DNA from: Candidatus Babeliales bacterium
Lineage (GTDB): Bacteria > Babelota > Babeliae > Babelales > JANWKD01
NCBI GenBank assembly: GCA_963722255.1
Contig: CAVRJO010000002.1
Location: 416,001-480,000, forward strand
Length of the DNA stretch: 64,000 nt
Direction: 5' to 3'
Shown piece after piece: positions 44,692 through 54,613 of the stretch; positions within the stretch are counted from its first letter, which is position 1; every line of letters begins with the position of its first letter. Made by a program: the position numbers and the translations under genes. The notes below the pieces were generated by a model. The model was not told the origin of the DNA. It searched no databases and worked only from the letters and a program-made list of their open reading frames with translations.

Positions 44692-44945
44692 TGTCATCAC
44701 GAGGAGCTGTCCGGCCGACGCTTATCCAGGCCTTCCGGCTTGGCAAGCTGTGGCGGATCCGCTATTTGCGCTTGTCCGCCGAAGTTTTAACGAAGGCGGA
44801 ACGTGGTGACCCAGTAATTAAAATGAAAAGTCTTTATAACTGGGCCCTCTTACGCCAAGGCTTCAAAGGGCAGGTTGCTACGCCCTGTCCGTCGGAGCTT
44901 ACCAAGCCGGAAGGCCTGGATAAGCATAGTCGGATCGCAATGACA
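44692..44945. repeat. GC-rich nested palindromic element (REP/MITE-like scaffold with inserted small palindromes)
   Basis: Ends tgtcatcacga / tcgcaatgaca; 30-bp inverted repeat 44720-44749 vs 44896-44925 (29/30); extra hairpins at 44771-44800 and 44845-44874. Confidence 0.85.
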
Positions 44946-45009
44946 ATTGTGGAATTATTTGCCTAAGCTGTGATTTTATATTTTTATTATCATCGAATTC
45001 GCGTTATTT

Positions 45010-45648
45010 CTAGTTTACACTATGTAACCAATCTTTAATAGCCTCATGTCTCTTTTTTAATGAATCTTCTTTCTGCTTACGCCATGCACTAGTTTTTTCA
45101 TTAGTTATATAGCCCCAGCCGGCAGCTCCAGCACATGCTACAGTAGTAATACCCACTTTTACATACCCATCTATCTCAGAGAAAATTTCATGGGGGACCC
45201 ACGGAGCACAAGCAAGCAATAAAAACCCAATGGTTAAAGCGCCAAATTTTTTAACAGCACCAAATTTTTCTTGCTCGAGCTTATCAAAAGCTGCTATTTC
45301 TTCTATAGCTTCATTAAGCAATAGTTGTTTGTCTACTCTGTATTCATCAAGATTTTGTTTCGATTCATACAATTCAAAATTATCGTATAGTTCTTTATAG
45401 TCGAGTTTTTTTTTATCTTGTGGGGGCTGAATAGCTAATTTCTGAACATACGGAATAGTTTGTTGAGGCTGTTCAGTGGACTTTTGAATCGACGTTTGAG
45501 ATGTTTTCTTTTGTTGTTGCACATTTTCCGGCTGTTTACGCAAACGCATATCGCTCATTAGCTCAATTAAATCTTCCTCTATGTCTTGATTTGCATATAT
45601 AAAACCCTGAAATAGTAACAATCCAAATATGAGTGTTGTATAGTTCAT
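45010..45648 (-). CDS. Secreted/membrane hypothetical protein with Gln-rich linker and two TM helices
   Basis: Signal ...GFIYA, QQQKK region, two hydrophobic segments. Confidence 0.7.
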   Translation of the reverse strand: MNYTTLIFGLLLFQGFIYANQDIEEDLIELMSDMRLRKQPENVQQQKKTSQTSIQKSTEQPQQTIPYVQKLAIQPPQDKKKLDYKELYDNFELYESKQNLDEYRVDKQLLLNEAIEEIAAFDKLEQEKFGAVKKFGALTIGFLLLACAPWVPHEIFSEIDGYVKVGITTVACAGAAGWGYITNEKTSAWRKQKEDSLKKRHEAIKDWLHSVN

Positions 45649-45766
45649 ATAAAATCTCCCAATACTATTTTTTAAAGTAACCTACAGCAATCTTGTACAA
45701 AAGTATGTCATTTGTATATCCTAAAGCAATCATATGTTACAACCTCTTTTAAAAAGTTAAAAAAAT

Positions 45767-46936
45767 ATGGACAACGAAAATAATCAAAAAATAGGCTTAG
45801 CAACTGCAACAATTGTTGGAATGAATGCAATGATTGGCGCAGGAATTTTTAGTGTTCCCGCCGCCTTAGGCTCATTTGTTGGCCCTGCTGGAATTATAAC
45901 CTATCTTTTTGTAATTATTGCTGTTTGGTTTATGGGATCTTCAATGGCTCGTTTAGCCCAACTTTATCCTGAAGAAGGATCATTTTATACGTATGCATCG
46001 CAATGGGGCGGCCATTATGTGGGATTGCTTTCGGCGGGAGCGTATCTCATTGGCTTGATTATAGCAATGGGGCTTTTGACTCAAATGGCAGGTCAAAATC
46101 TCCATGAAGCATTCCCACAACTCAATGCATATTCTTGGGGACTTATTGTTCTTATAGCACTTATTATTTTTAATCTTGTTGGTGTTACTTTATCAAAAAT
46201 TGGGCAAATGGTTCTTATATGCTGCACCGTATTTCCTATACTTATGACTATAATAATTGGTTTTATGCATGGCAGTGTCAATAATCTTACCCCATTTTTA
46301 CCGTATGGATTTACACATATTTTTACAGCAACTAACGCTGTTATTTTTGGTTTTTTTGGATTTGAATGCGCTGCATCTCTCTTTAGTGTTGTTGAAAATC
46401 CACGAGAAAATGTACCAAAAGCTTTACGTTATTCAATTATCTTAGTGGGTCTTCTTTATTTAGGCTTTGTTGGTTCAATAATATACGCAGTACCTCATTC
46501 ATATTTTACCGATCCAACAATTTCGCTCAGATCAATACTTTCAATTATAGTGCCAAATCATCCATGGCTTCTACATCTCATTCATTTTTCAGTTCTTTCA
46601 GCAATATTAGGAACAGTACATTCTATGATTTGGGGATCAAGTAGTTTACTTGTATCATATTGTAAAAAATTCAAATCTCCTTTGAACATAAGCACACGTA
46701 TGGCTGTATGCATTATAGGAATATGCATTTTTATGACATTCTCTCTTTTAAAAAATATGAATGTTTTTTTTAGCTTAACATCGATCTTCCTTATTTTCGC
46801 TTTTGTTTCTTCAATGATAAGTCTTTTACTGCTTCCTAATGAATGGAAAACAGGACAAAACATTAAAACTATTTTAGGTTTATTGACTGCATTTTTGATT
46901 TTTTATTTTGCTATAACCGGCCTTTTACTTTCTTGA
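45767..46936 (+). CDS. APC-superfamily amino acid permease
   Basis: MIGAGIF, EGSFYTYA, FFGFE, ENPRENVPKA. Confidence 0.9.
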   Translation: MDNENNQKIGLATATIVGMNAMIGAGIFSVPAALGSFVGPAGIITYLFVIIAVWFMGSSMARLAQLYPEEGSFYTYASQWGGHYVGLLSAGAYLIGLIIAMGLLTQMAGQNLHEAFPQLNAYSWGLIVLIALIIFNLVGVTLSKIGQMVLICCTVFPILMTIIIGFMHGSVNNLTPFLPYGFTHIFTATNAVIFGFFGFECAASLFSVVENPRENVPKALRYSIILVGLLYLGFVGSIIYAVPHSYFTDPTISLRSILSIIVPNHPWLLHLIHFSVLSAILGTVHSMIWGSSSLLVSYCKKFKSPLNISTRMAVCIIGICIFMTFSLLKNMNVFFSLTSIFLIFAFVSSMISLLLLPNEWKTGQNIKTILGLLTAFLIFYFAITGLLLS

Positions 46937-47017
46937 AATTTTTGTGAATTGGAGTTGACGTGTATAGGATAAAGATGCTATACAATATCAAAATCTGATT
47001 TCACAGAAAGGAGAGTA

Positions 47018-48640
47018 ATGACTCGGTTAATGAAGAACTATTTTCTAATGCTCTTTATATGCATTTTCTTTAATAGTTCATTATCTGCTCTAAGCTCATT
47101 AGCAAATAATGACCCCTATCCAATTTATAATGCAATATATGATCCTTATTTAACACGATGGCAAAAAGAATGGTTGATTGGTTGCAATGAAATTTGTGAC
47201 GACGATGAAATTTTTAGTTTATCCATTTCGGCATTTTCACAAAAAGCTCGTAGCGGTCGAGATTTTGCTCATACAAAGCAACTTTTAGGCGATCTAACCG
47301 GCCCATGGAATATGGTAGGTATGCTTTATGGTGGACTTCCTATCGGAGAATCGTTGCAAAATACACAACTTGGTGAAGCAAAACTTCATATTTTTTCTGA
47401 CCTGATTCAAAGTCAACTACCTACCCCACAAACTCCCATACCCATCTCCTTTGAAGATATTATTATTTCACCCACGTCAGAACAATCATCAATTTATGTA
47501 TTAACCGATAGCAGTCAAAACATAGGATTCTTTTCAGTACCTATCCATTATCGTAAAGTTGGCGTGAGGTTTGAAGCCACATTAAAACCTTTTGAATGTT
47601 TTGGCCTTACGGTTCAAGCAGGTGTTTCAGAAATTCGTCAAACGGTTACCGGTCTTATTGATCGCACACCGAACATTGCTCCTGAAAATACGGGAAATGA
47701 TTTTAATGGAACGGGTAACTGTCCCGATCTTTTATGCGGTGGGCAGCCTTTTGATAATAACTTTTTTAGAAACATTCCTGTTTTGCTGAATAATAATATT
47801 TACTCAAATTGTAATATTTGCAACCCAAATCCATGTACCATGGCATCAGATTTAACAACCTCATCATGCACAAATCCTTATTTGGAGATCGAAAATCAAC
47901 TCATGGATGCAAGCAAAGCAAGCCTCATTTTTCATCAAATTGGTTTTAATGATTGCAATTTTGAAAAAACATCATTTGAGGATGTTCGCTTTATCTTCTG
48001 GTGGCGAGATATCTTTGAGATTAATAGAGACCGCTGCAGCTGGCCCTACTTCTTATTTACCCCATCAGTAGAGTTCAACTTTGTCATACCAACAGCTAGA
48101 AAGAAGGATCGCAGGGAACTCTATTCACTGCCTTTTGGTAATGATGGCCACTGGGCTTTGGGCTTTGATGCGGGGATTTCGTTTGATTTTGTTGAAACGG
48201 TTGAGATTGCTTTTTATGGTGGCATGAACTACTTTTTTCCAAGAAACGTTTGTAATTATCGCATTCCAACTGACTTATACCAACAAGGAATATTCCCCTT
48301 TGCAACAAACGTTAATGTCTCTCCAGGGTATAACTTTAACTGGCGAGCCGTATTTAATGCATACCACTTTGTTGACAGAGTATCGGCCTATGTTGATTGG
48401 GTTTTTGTAAAACATGAAACGGATAAAATTAAGCTTTGTACCCCAGATCCGGCATTCCCTATCGACATGATTGAAAAAGCAGAATGCACCACAAAGTTTA
48501 TGTCACAATTTGTTGATGCGGCAATTTACTACGATATTTCTCCAAATCTACAGCTTGGAGTCATAGCCCAATTTCCTGTTGCGCAACGTAATGCCTATCG
48601 CTCAACCACCTATTTGTGGACTTTTAGATGTGTATTTTAG
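47018..48640 (+). CDS. Cys-rich putative outer-membrane beta-barrel protein, related to 24122-25956
   Basis: Signal peptide; IPTA...LPFGNDGHW resembles FPTD...SPIGNNHHY; terminal TFRCVF. Confidence 0.65.
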   Translation: MTRLMKNYFLMLFICIFFNSSLSALSSLANNDPYPIYNAIYDPYLTRWQKEWLIGCNEICDDDEIFSLSISAFSQKARSGRDFAHTKQLLGDLTGPWNMVGMLYGGLPIGESLQNTQLGEAKLHIFSDLIQSQLPTPQTPIPISFEDIIISPTSEQSSIYVLTDSSQNIGFFSVPIHYRKVGVRFEATLKPFECFGLTVQAGVSEIRQTVTGLIDRTPNIAPENTGNDFNGTGNCPDLLCGGQPFDNNFFRNIPVLLNNNIYSNCNICNPNPCTMASDLTTSSCTNPYLEIENQLMDASKASLIFHQIGFNDCNFEKTSFEDVRFIFWWRDIFEINRDRCSWPYFLFTPSVEFNFVIPTARKKDRRELYSLPFGNDGHWALGFDAGISFDFVETVEIAFYGGMNYFFPRNVCNYRIPTDLYQQGIFPFATNVNVSPGYNFNWRAVFNAYHFVDRVSAYVDWVFVKHETDKIKLCTPDPAFPIDMIEKAECTTKFMSQFVDAAIYYDISPNLQLGVIAQFPVAQRNAYRSTTYLWTFRCVF

Positions 48641-48732
48641 GATTAATAAGAGCTTTTCAGGCTCTCTTATAGACAAAATTGAAAAAAACTATTAGAATTA
48701 TAGAAGAAAATTTAAAGTAAAATTATAAAGGG

Positions 48733-48951
48733 ATGCTTCTTATGGCAAAAAAATCTAATATTGAGATTAGTGTAAACAATAATCTTGAGCGCGCTATGAA
48801 ACAGTTAAAAAAGAAAATGGAACGTGAAGGCGTTACTCGAGATATGAAACGTATTGTTTACTATGAAGCTCCTACCCAACAACGCCGTAAAAGCTTAATT
48901 CGTGCAAAAAAACAAAACTATATTAGAATGGCATCGATGCGTCCCGCATAA
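48733..48951 (+). CDS. rpsU: 30S ribosomal protein S21
   Basis: NLERAMKQLKKKMEREG...YYEAPT. Confidence 0.88.
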   Translation: MLLMAKKSNIEISVNNNLERAMKQLKKKMEREGVTRDMKRIVYYEAPTQQRRKSLIRAKKQNYIRMASMRPA

Positions 48952-48963
48952 AGTTATCCTTTT

Positions 48964-49332
48964 ATGAACGAAACCGTCAAAACAATTAAGCAAGCACAAA
49001 AAGAAAGTCTTCTTTTAAGGGAGATCTCAAATCTTTTTATGAAGACTTCTGCTGATGATCCTCGCTTAATGTCCTTAACTATAAATCGCGTTAGTATATC
49101 GTCTGATAAAGGATATTGCTCAATCTATTTTTATACGCCGGGCGGGCTTCAAGAGTTTGAAAAATTGCTAGAAATTCTTAAGCTCTATAAACCTTCTTTA
49201 CGCACTGCATTAGCTAAATCCATTAAATCTCGTTATACGCCGCAACTTATCTTTAAATTTGACGAACAGTATGAAAAAGAAGAAAAAATGAATAAGCTTC
49301 TTGACTCATTAAAAGAAAAGGGCGAGCTATAA
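48964..49332 (+). CDS. rbfA: Ribosome-binding factor A
   Basis: DPRL, VSISSD, RYTPQLIFKFD. Confidence 0.88.
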   Translation: MNETVKTIKQAQKESLLLREISNLFMKTSADDPRLMSLTINRVSISSDKGYCSIYFYTPGGLQEFEKLLEILKLYKPSLRTALAKSIKSRYTPQLIFKFDEQYEKEEKMNKLLDSLKEKGEL

Positions 49333-49341
49333 TTGTTTATT

Positions 49342-50078
49342 ATGTTCCTTTTTTTTTAGTCTGGGGATCATTTTTAAATATGCTTGCTTATCGGCTTATC
49401 TCTGGAGATAGCCTTCTACGTTCTCGCTCATTTTGTCCTTCCTGTGATACAACCATTGCTTGGTATGATCTTATTCCCTTAGCATCATGGCTTATTCTTA
49501 GAGGAAAATGTCGCAGCTGTTCAGCCTCTATCTCTCCGCTCTATTTTTTTATTGAATGTATTGCCGCATTAGTTTTTTCAGCTCTTGTTTATACCATGCA
49601 GCCTGATTTTTGGTTTGCCTACTTTATCTTCTTTTCAGCTTTGCTTGTAACTATACGAACTGATCTAGAATTTATGCTTATTTCTCGCTATGCTTCAGTT
49701 TTTCTTATCCCTCTAGGATTTTTTTTTAGCTTTACCTCATTCTTACCCATTTCATTAATAACCAGTTTAGTTGGTGCCTTAACTGCTTATTTATTTTTAA
49801 AGCTTATTACTGCACTCTTTTTTATGTGCACAAAAAAGGTCGGCATGGGAGAAGGCGATGGTGAACTTTTAGCCTTCATTGGTTCATTTCTTGGCATTAC
49901 AGGCTGGTGGATTTCGCTCATTGTGGGATCACTTTTAGGCTCAGTCTGTGGAATAGTATATATGTTTTATACGCAACAAAAGCATTCCATTAAAATGCCC
50001 TTTGGTCCCTTCTTAGCCTTTGGAGCACTAGCATATGTGCTTTTTGAAAAACAGCTTTTAGCTATTTTTGGTTTTTAA
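49342..50078 (+). CDS. pilD: Prepilin peptidase (start probably shifted by a poly-T indel)
   Basis: GSFLN, RSFCPSC, WYDLIP, GKCRSC, GMGEGD, PFGPFL. Confidence 0.9.
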
Positions 50079-51408
50079 GATGATAAGCGCAATCTATCTT
50101 ATGGATTTTCCAATCTTCTTTTTGGCATTCTTTTGAGCAATAATAAACAGCTGGACAAGCACCACACACCAAAAACTCCTTAGATTGTTCTGTTGTCTTG
50201 TGGCATTTTTGGCACTCACGGACTTTCTTTAAACAGTTACGTTTATGAGTAAGCCAATCTTTTTGTTGGCACCCTTTTGAACAATAGTGAACTTCTTTAC
50301 AGCACCCACACACCAAAAATCTTTTTTGCGAAAAATGCTCCCATGTCTTACAAAAATCACAACTTGCAGGCGTTCGAATACAATTTGCTGCTTCAATTAA
50401 CATATTTTTTATACAATTTCTATACGATTGAACAATTTCTTCTTTGTTTACTGCGTTCTTAAACAGAAGTTGGTTTTGTTTTTTTAGTTTCTGCGGAAAA
50501 GTACCAGCATCTATGGGTGAAAATACCTGAGACATTAAAATATATCGTCTCTCTAAATATTTTTGCAAATAAGTAGAATCTGCAAAACCTTGATACAAAA
50601 CAATAACTTTATTTTTATTTTTTAACATCTCTTCAATGCTCAGCTTAGCTATTAGGAAATCAAAATCCAAGACCCAATTCATAAAATTATTTTTAAAATA
50701 AATTAAGTTGTATTTTGTAAATATTTCATATAAAGCTTTTTTTAAGAGTTGACTGCCATCGCTACAATGAGTTTCAAAAAATTTTAGCGCAGATGCTTTT
50801 ATTAGAGCATATTCTTTATGTATAGATTCATCATCTTTTTCATTAAAACAGTGCTCAATAGCCGTTAATGCTTCTTTATATTCATCAACAGTCATATCTG
50901 GTAAATGTAAACTTTTTTCTCTCAATATTTCGCCTAAAATGCATTTTTCATTTTCTTTAAGCTTAAATTTTTTAATATCCCGCACATAATTGTTTATCCA
51001 TACTGCAAATTGAATAGGAATAGAAATTATTGGTATGCGTAAGGTTTGAGAAAATATCAATGCATTACTGTTACCACTTGTAGTGTCTGTAAAAATAGTT
51101 GGCAACTCTCCTTCTATCTTACTATAATAACTAGAAAACAAGTTATACAAAGAATCTGATCGATAATCGGTAAGTACAGTAAAATGAGAATCCTTACGAT
51201 TAATTTTTTTCAGCAAATAAGAGAAGTAATTATTTTCTTTTCCTTGAAGTTCATACAATTCTCTTTCAGACGGTTTTAATAAGCTAATATCGGCATCAAT
51301 CATTACAATAGTATTACCATAGCTTTTATAAACCTTAATAAAATTAAATACCCCCTGCAAGGAAAACACAATGACAAATGGTATGATAAATATTTTTTTC
51401 ACAAACAC
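50062..51408 (-). CDS. Putative secreted protein with two C-terminal MYND zinc fingers
   Basis: CxxC...CxxC...YCSxxCQxxDW..HK..C occurs twice; hydrophobic N-terminus. Confidence 0.85.
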   Translation of the reverse strand: MFVKKIFIIPFVIVFSLQGVFNFIKVYKSYGNTIVMIDADISLLKPSERELYELQGKENNYFSYLLKKINRKDSHFTVLTDYRSDSLYNLFSSYYSKIEGELPTIFTDTTSGNSNALIFSQTLRIPIISIPIQFAVWINNYVRDIKKFKLKENEKCILGEILREKSLHLPDMTVDEYKEALTAIEHCFNEKDDESIHKEYALIKASALKFFETHCSDGSQLLKKALYEIFTKYNLIYFKNNFMNWVLDFDFLIAKLSIEEMLKNKNKVIVLYQGFADSTYLQKYLERRYILMSQVFSPIDAGTFPQKLKKQNQLLFKNAVNKEEIVQSYRNCIKNMLIEAANCIRTPASCDFCKTWEHFSQKRFLVCGCCKEVHYCSKGCQQKDWLTHKRNCLKKVRECQKCHKTTEQSKEFLVCGACPAVYYCSKECQKEDWKIHKIDCAYHLKNQK

Positions 51409-51637
51409 CCTTCAAATAGTAATTTCATTTAATTGATACAGAATGTAATTGTATCAAACAAAATTACTCATGCAAAATAATTATCAACTTAAAAAATTAC
51501 TAAAAGATAACCGCTTGATTAATCAAACAAAGGTAATTTGTTGCGCAACATTGTTATCTTGCAAAATTGGTTTCTAAAATTTTATACTCATTTCCTAGGG
51601 GAAAGATAAATGACCTTCGGCAAAGAAAAGCTAGGTT

Positions 51638-52483
51638 ATGACTTGGGGACGATATCTCATTATTTTTTTATTATGCATACTACCTCTTCATGCAACCAGA
51701 TGGAACAAAAGTAAAAGAATCGAATGCAAACATACACCATCTTCTACACACTTTACATTAAAAGAAGTTCCTTACCGGTTTGTACGATGTGCAGCAACCC
51801 TCGTTGAAGAGGCAATTCGCTTAAATCTCAACTTAGTTAGTCTTGACACAGTCAAAGTTTTTACCGCCTTTGTACCATTTTACTTAGTAACACGCATGGC
51901 TGATGCTCAAGTGCATAATAACTTTTATGACATTTCTTGCCATAAAAATATCAATCAGATGCCTAATGCCGTTATTAACACAATTAATAAAGGATGCGAT
52001 CTTGGCATTGTTTTATTAAGTAGCCTTGCATTATTTGCCTGGGATGAAAAATTGCGCCTTACAGCGCGTATTTTTGGAATCGGTGCATTATCGGCCCTTT
52101 ATGCTAAAGATTTTGTCAAAAAAATTGAAGTAAAAAGCTGTTTGCGACCTTGGAATGAACATTTTAGTTCAAAAAAACAGTCTTTTGGCGGCTTTCCTTC
52201 CGGGCATATGATCGAAGCAACCTATATGCTTACCGTTTGGGGACTGCAATATGGGCTTAAAGCTGCTATTCCTTTAGGTCTGTTTGCAGGGCTTTCGTTT
52301 GGTGTGCTTGTTGGAAGCAATCGTCATTATGCTTCTCAAGCGGTTGCAGGTGCAGGATTTGGTGTAGCATTTGGACTTGCTGCTCATAAACTTATACATA
52401 CCAAAATCTCTGAAACAATTGATTGCAGTTTTGCACTAAACAAACAAAAGTTGCCGACCCTTTCTTTAGGATGCAGTTTCTAA
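51638..52483 (+). CDS. PAP2-family phosphatase
   Basis: K......RP, FPSGH and NRHYASQ motifs. Confidence 0.8.
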   Translation: MTWGRYLIIFLLCILPLHATRWNKSKRIECKHTPSSTHFTLKEVPYRFVRCAATLVEEAIRLNLNLVSLDTVKVFTAFVPFYLVTRMADAQVHNNFYDISCHKNINQMPNAVINTINKGCDLGIVLLSSLALFAWDEKLRLTARIFGIGALSALYAKDFVKKIEVKSCLRPWNEHFSSKKQSFGGFPSGHMIEATYMLTVWGLQYGLKAAIPLGLFAGLSFGVLVGSNRHYASQAVAGAGFGVAFGLAAHKLIHTKISETIDCSFALNKQKLPTLSLGCSF

Positions 52484-52594
52484 AAAAAATGTACTTTAAA
52501 AAAATATTTTTACAAAAGAAATTTTCTTTGATATAATTCATATAGAAATATAAAATATTCATTTTTAACAATTAAAAAAAGGATACCAACTTAT

Positions 52595-53293
52595 ATGAAA
52601 AACTATTTTCTTTTACTATTACTTTTCTTTGCATGGTGCAAAGGTATGGAAAACAGGGAAGAACTTCCTTCAATCAGAGAGCAGTTTCCAGATCTTTTCC
52701 AAAACAGAGAAGAATACCCTCATAACCTTGGATTGAGCTTTAATTTCCCACCATATTCAACTGATCAAAACCCTATGCCTGAATACGTAGAAAATTCAGT
52801 CAGTGCTATACAAAATAGTAACATTACCCTCGAAGAATCTGGCAATCCCTATAAATTTCAATGCATTTTCCCCAACTGTGCCATTTTTTCTCTTTGGAAA
52901 AAGTCAATCGACACTCATATACGTTCGCACACTGAAAAAAGACCTTATGTTTGTTCAACACTAAATTGTAATGCAGCTTTTAAGAGAAAAAATGACCTAA
53001 CCCAACACAAAATATCCCATAACCCTGTCAAGAAAGTTACTTGCTCGTTTCGTGGATGTACTAAAACTTTTACAAGACAATCTGATCTAAATAATCACTT
53101 GCTAAAGTTTCATCATATTAGTCTTCAAATTGAATGTAATGAATGTGATGCATCATTTGATAGAATACATTATGAAAAACATTGTAAAGAATTACATCCT
53201 GAATTAATTTATCAATGTTATCTCTGTGGTAAAAGATTTTACTCAGTGAAAGGTAAACGAACCCATTTTTCACAGAATCACAAATCAGCTTAA
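52595..53293 (+). CDS. Secreted C2H2 zinc-finger protein (5 fingers)
   Basis: Signal ...WCKGME; five CxxC/HxxxH units; HTEKRPYVC linker. Confidence 0.9.
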   Translation: MKNYFLLLLLFFAWCKGMENREELPSIREQFPDLFQNREEYPHNLGLSFNFPPYSTDQNPMPEYVENSVSAIQNSNITLEESGNPYKFQCIFPNCAIFSLWKKSIDTHIRSHTEKRPYVCSTLNCNAAFKRKNDLTQHKISHNPVKKVTCSFRGCTKTFTRQSDLNNHLLKFHHISLQIECNECDASFDRIHYEKHCKELHPELIYQCYLCGKRFYSVKGKRTHFSQNHKSA

Positions 53294-53333
53294 CTATTTT
53301 TACAATCTCTTTATCAGCTTAGGATCTTTTATT

Positions 53334-54338
53334 ATGATAAAAAACTATTTTTTTGCATTATTACTTTCTCTTTCAGCATGCTGCAAAGGCATGGAACATA
53401 ATACCGGACAACTCCATCAGAAACTTCCTCGCATTAAAGATCATTTTTCAGATCTTTTCCCTCAACTTCCATCATTAAACTCTGAGGCCCCGGACATTTT
53501 ACCGCAAGGTGCATACCAATTGCTTTCCTTGGCTTACCGCAATAGCCTAGAACAGAATACTGATAGCATGGAAGAGGACACTGAACAACCCGATCAAACA
53601 GTTCCTTCCCTTAGAGAACTCTTTCCAGATCTTTTCACAATTGGAGAAGAATATCCTCAACATCCACCATTAAATTCTGAAACACAAGACATTTTAGCGC
53701 ACAGAACATACCTAGCTCCTTATGTTGAAGCATCATATAATTATTCCTTAGAAGAGACACCTAATTATCAAGTACAGACACCTCAAGTAAATGAAATCCC
53801 CAGTCCTAAAGAGCAGTTAACTATTATTCAATATAATACTCCACAATCACCGCAAAAATTTTACTGCGCACTTGGATGTGGAGTATTTTCATTGTGGAGA
53901 ACAAGTATAAAAACTCATGAACTTGCCCATACCGATGGAAAAAGAGTTCATACTTGCGATGCACCCAACTGCCATGCAACTTTTACTAATAAAGCTCAGC
54001 TTTCTACACATAAAAGAATGCACAATCCTACAGTGCTCTGCAGGGTCCAAGGCTGCAATAGAGCATTTGCACGAACTGATAATAGAGCAAGACACGAAGC
54101 AAGGCACCTTCAAAAAAAATCCTTCAAATGCGAAAGATGCGGAGCAGGATTTATAGAAAAAAGTGACTACAATAGACATAATGAACAACTTCATGAAAAA
54201 AACCACTTTCAATGCATTAAATGCTGTAAAAAACTATTTAATTCTTTTGGTAGACTACAACAACATTACAATAAGAAGGTCCGTAAAGGCGTACTAGAAA
54301 AATGTGCCGGCAAAATAATTGTTGCAGAAAACGTATAG
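53334..54338 (+). CDS. Secreted C2H2 zinc-finger protein (4 fingers plus a degenerate fifth)
   Basis: Signal ...CCKGME; acidic/Pro-rich N-half; C2H2 array; basic C-terminus. Confidence 0.9.
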   Translation: MIKNYFFALLLSLSACCKGMEHNTGQLHQKLPRIKDHFSDLFPQLPSLNSEAPDILPQGAYQLLSLAYRNSLEQNTDSMEEDTEQPDQTVPSLRELFPDLFTIGEEYPQHPPLNSETQDILAHRTYLAPYVEASYNYSLEETPNYQVQTPQVNEIPSPKEQLTIIQYNTPQSPQKFYCALGCGVFSLWRTSIKTHELAHTDGKRVHTCDAPNCHATFTNKAQLSTHKRMHNPTVLCRVQGCNRAFARTDNRARHEARHLQKKSFKCERCGAGFIEKSDYNRHNEQLHEKNHFQCIKCCKKLFNSFGRLQQHYNKKVRKGVLEKCAGKIIVAENV

Positions 54339-54340
54339 TT

Positions 54341-54505
54341 CAAAACTTTCTTTTATGCCAAATCATCAACAACGATTTTTATATCATTGTTTGGACTTGC
54401 TCTGCTCATAAACTTATACCTATTAAAATCTCTGAAACAATTGATTGAAATTTTGCCTTAAACAAAGAACAGATGCCAACGGTTTCTTTAGGTTATAATT
54501 TTGTA
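54341..54505. other. Tandem-duplication junction: pilin 3' end fused to PAP2 3' end
   Basis: 54341-54390 matches 55648-55697 (1 mismatch); 54391-54505 is a diverged copy of 52371-52483. Confidence 0.85.
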
Positions 54506-54613
54506 AAAGATAATTTTAAATTACCTTTTACAAAAGAGCTTTTCTTTGACATAATTCATATAGAATCATAAAAAATTCATTTTTTAACAACTACAAAAGA
54601 AATATCAACTTAT

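Noticed and set aside
44691..44966. 91-aa ORF and the overlapping 44528-44746 ORF
   Set aside because: They lie over the GC-rich palindromic element; open frames are a by-product of composition.
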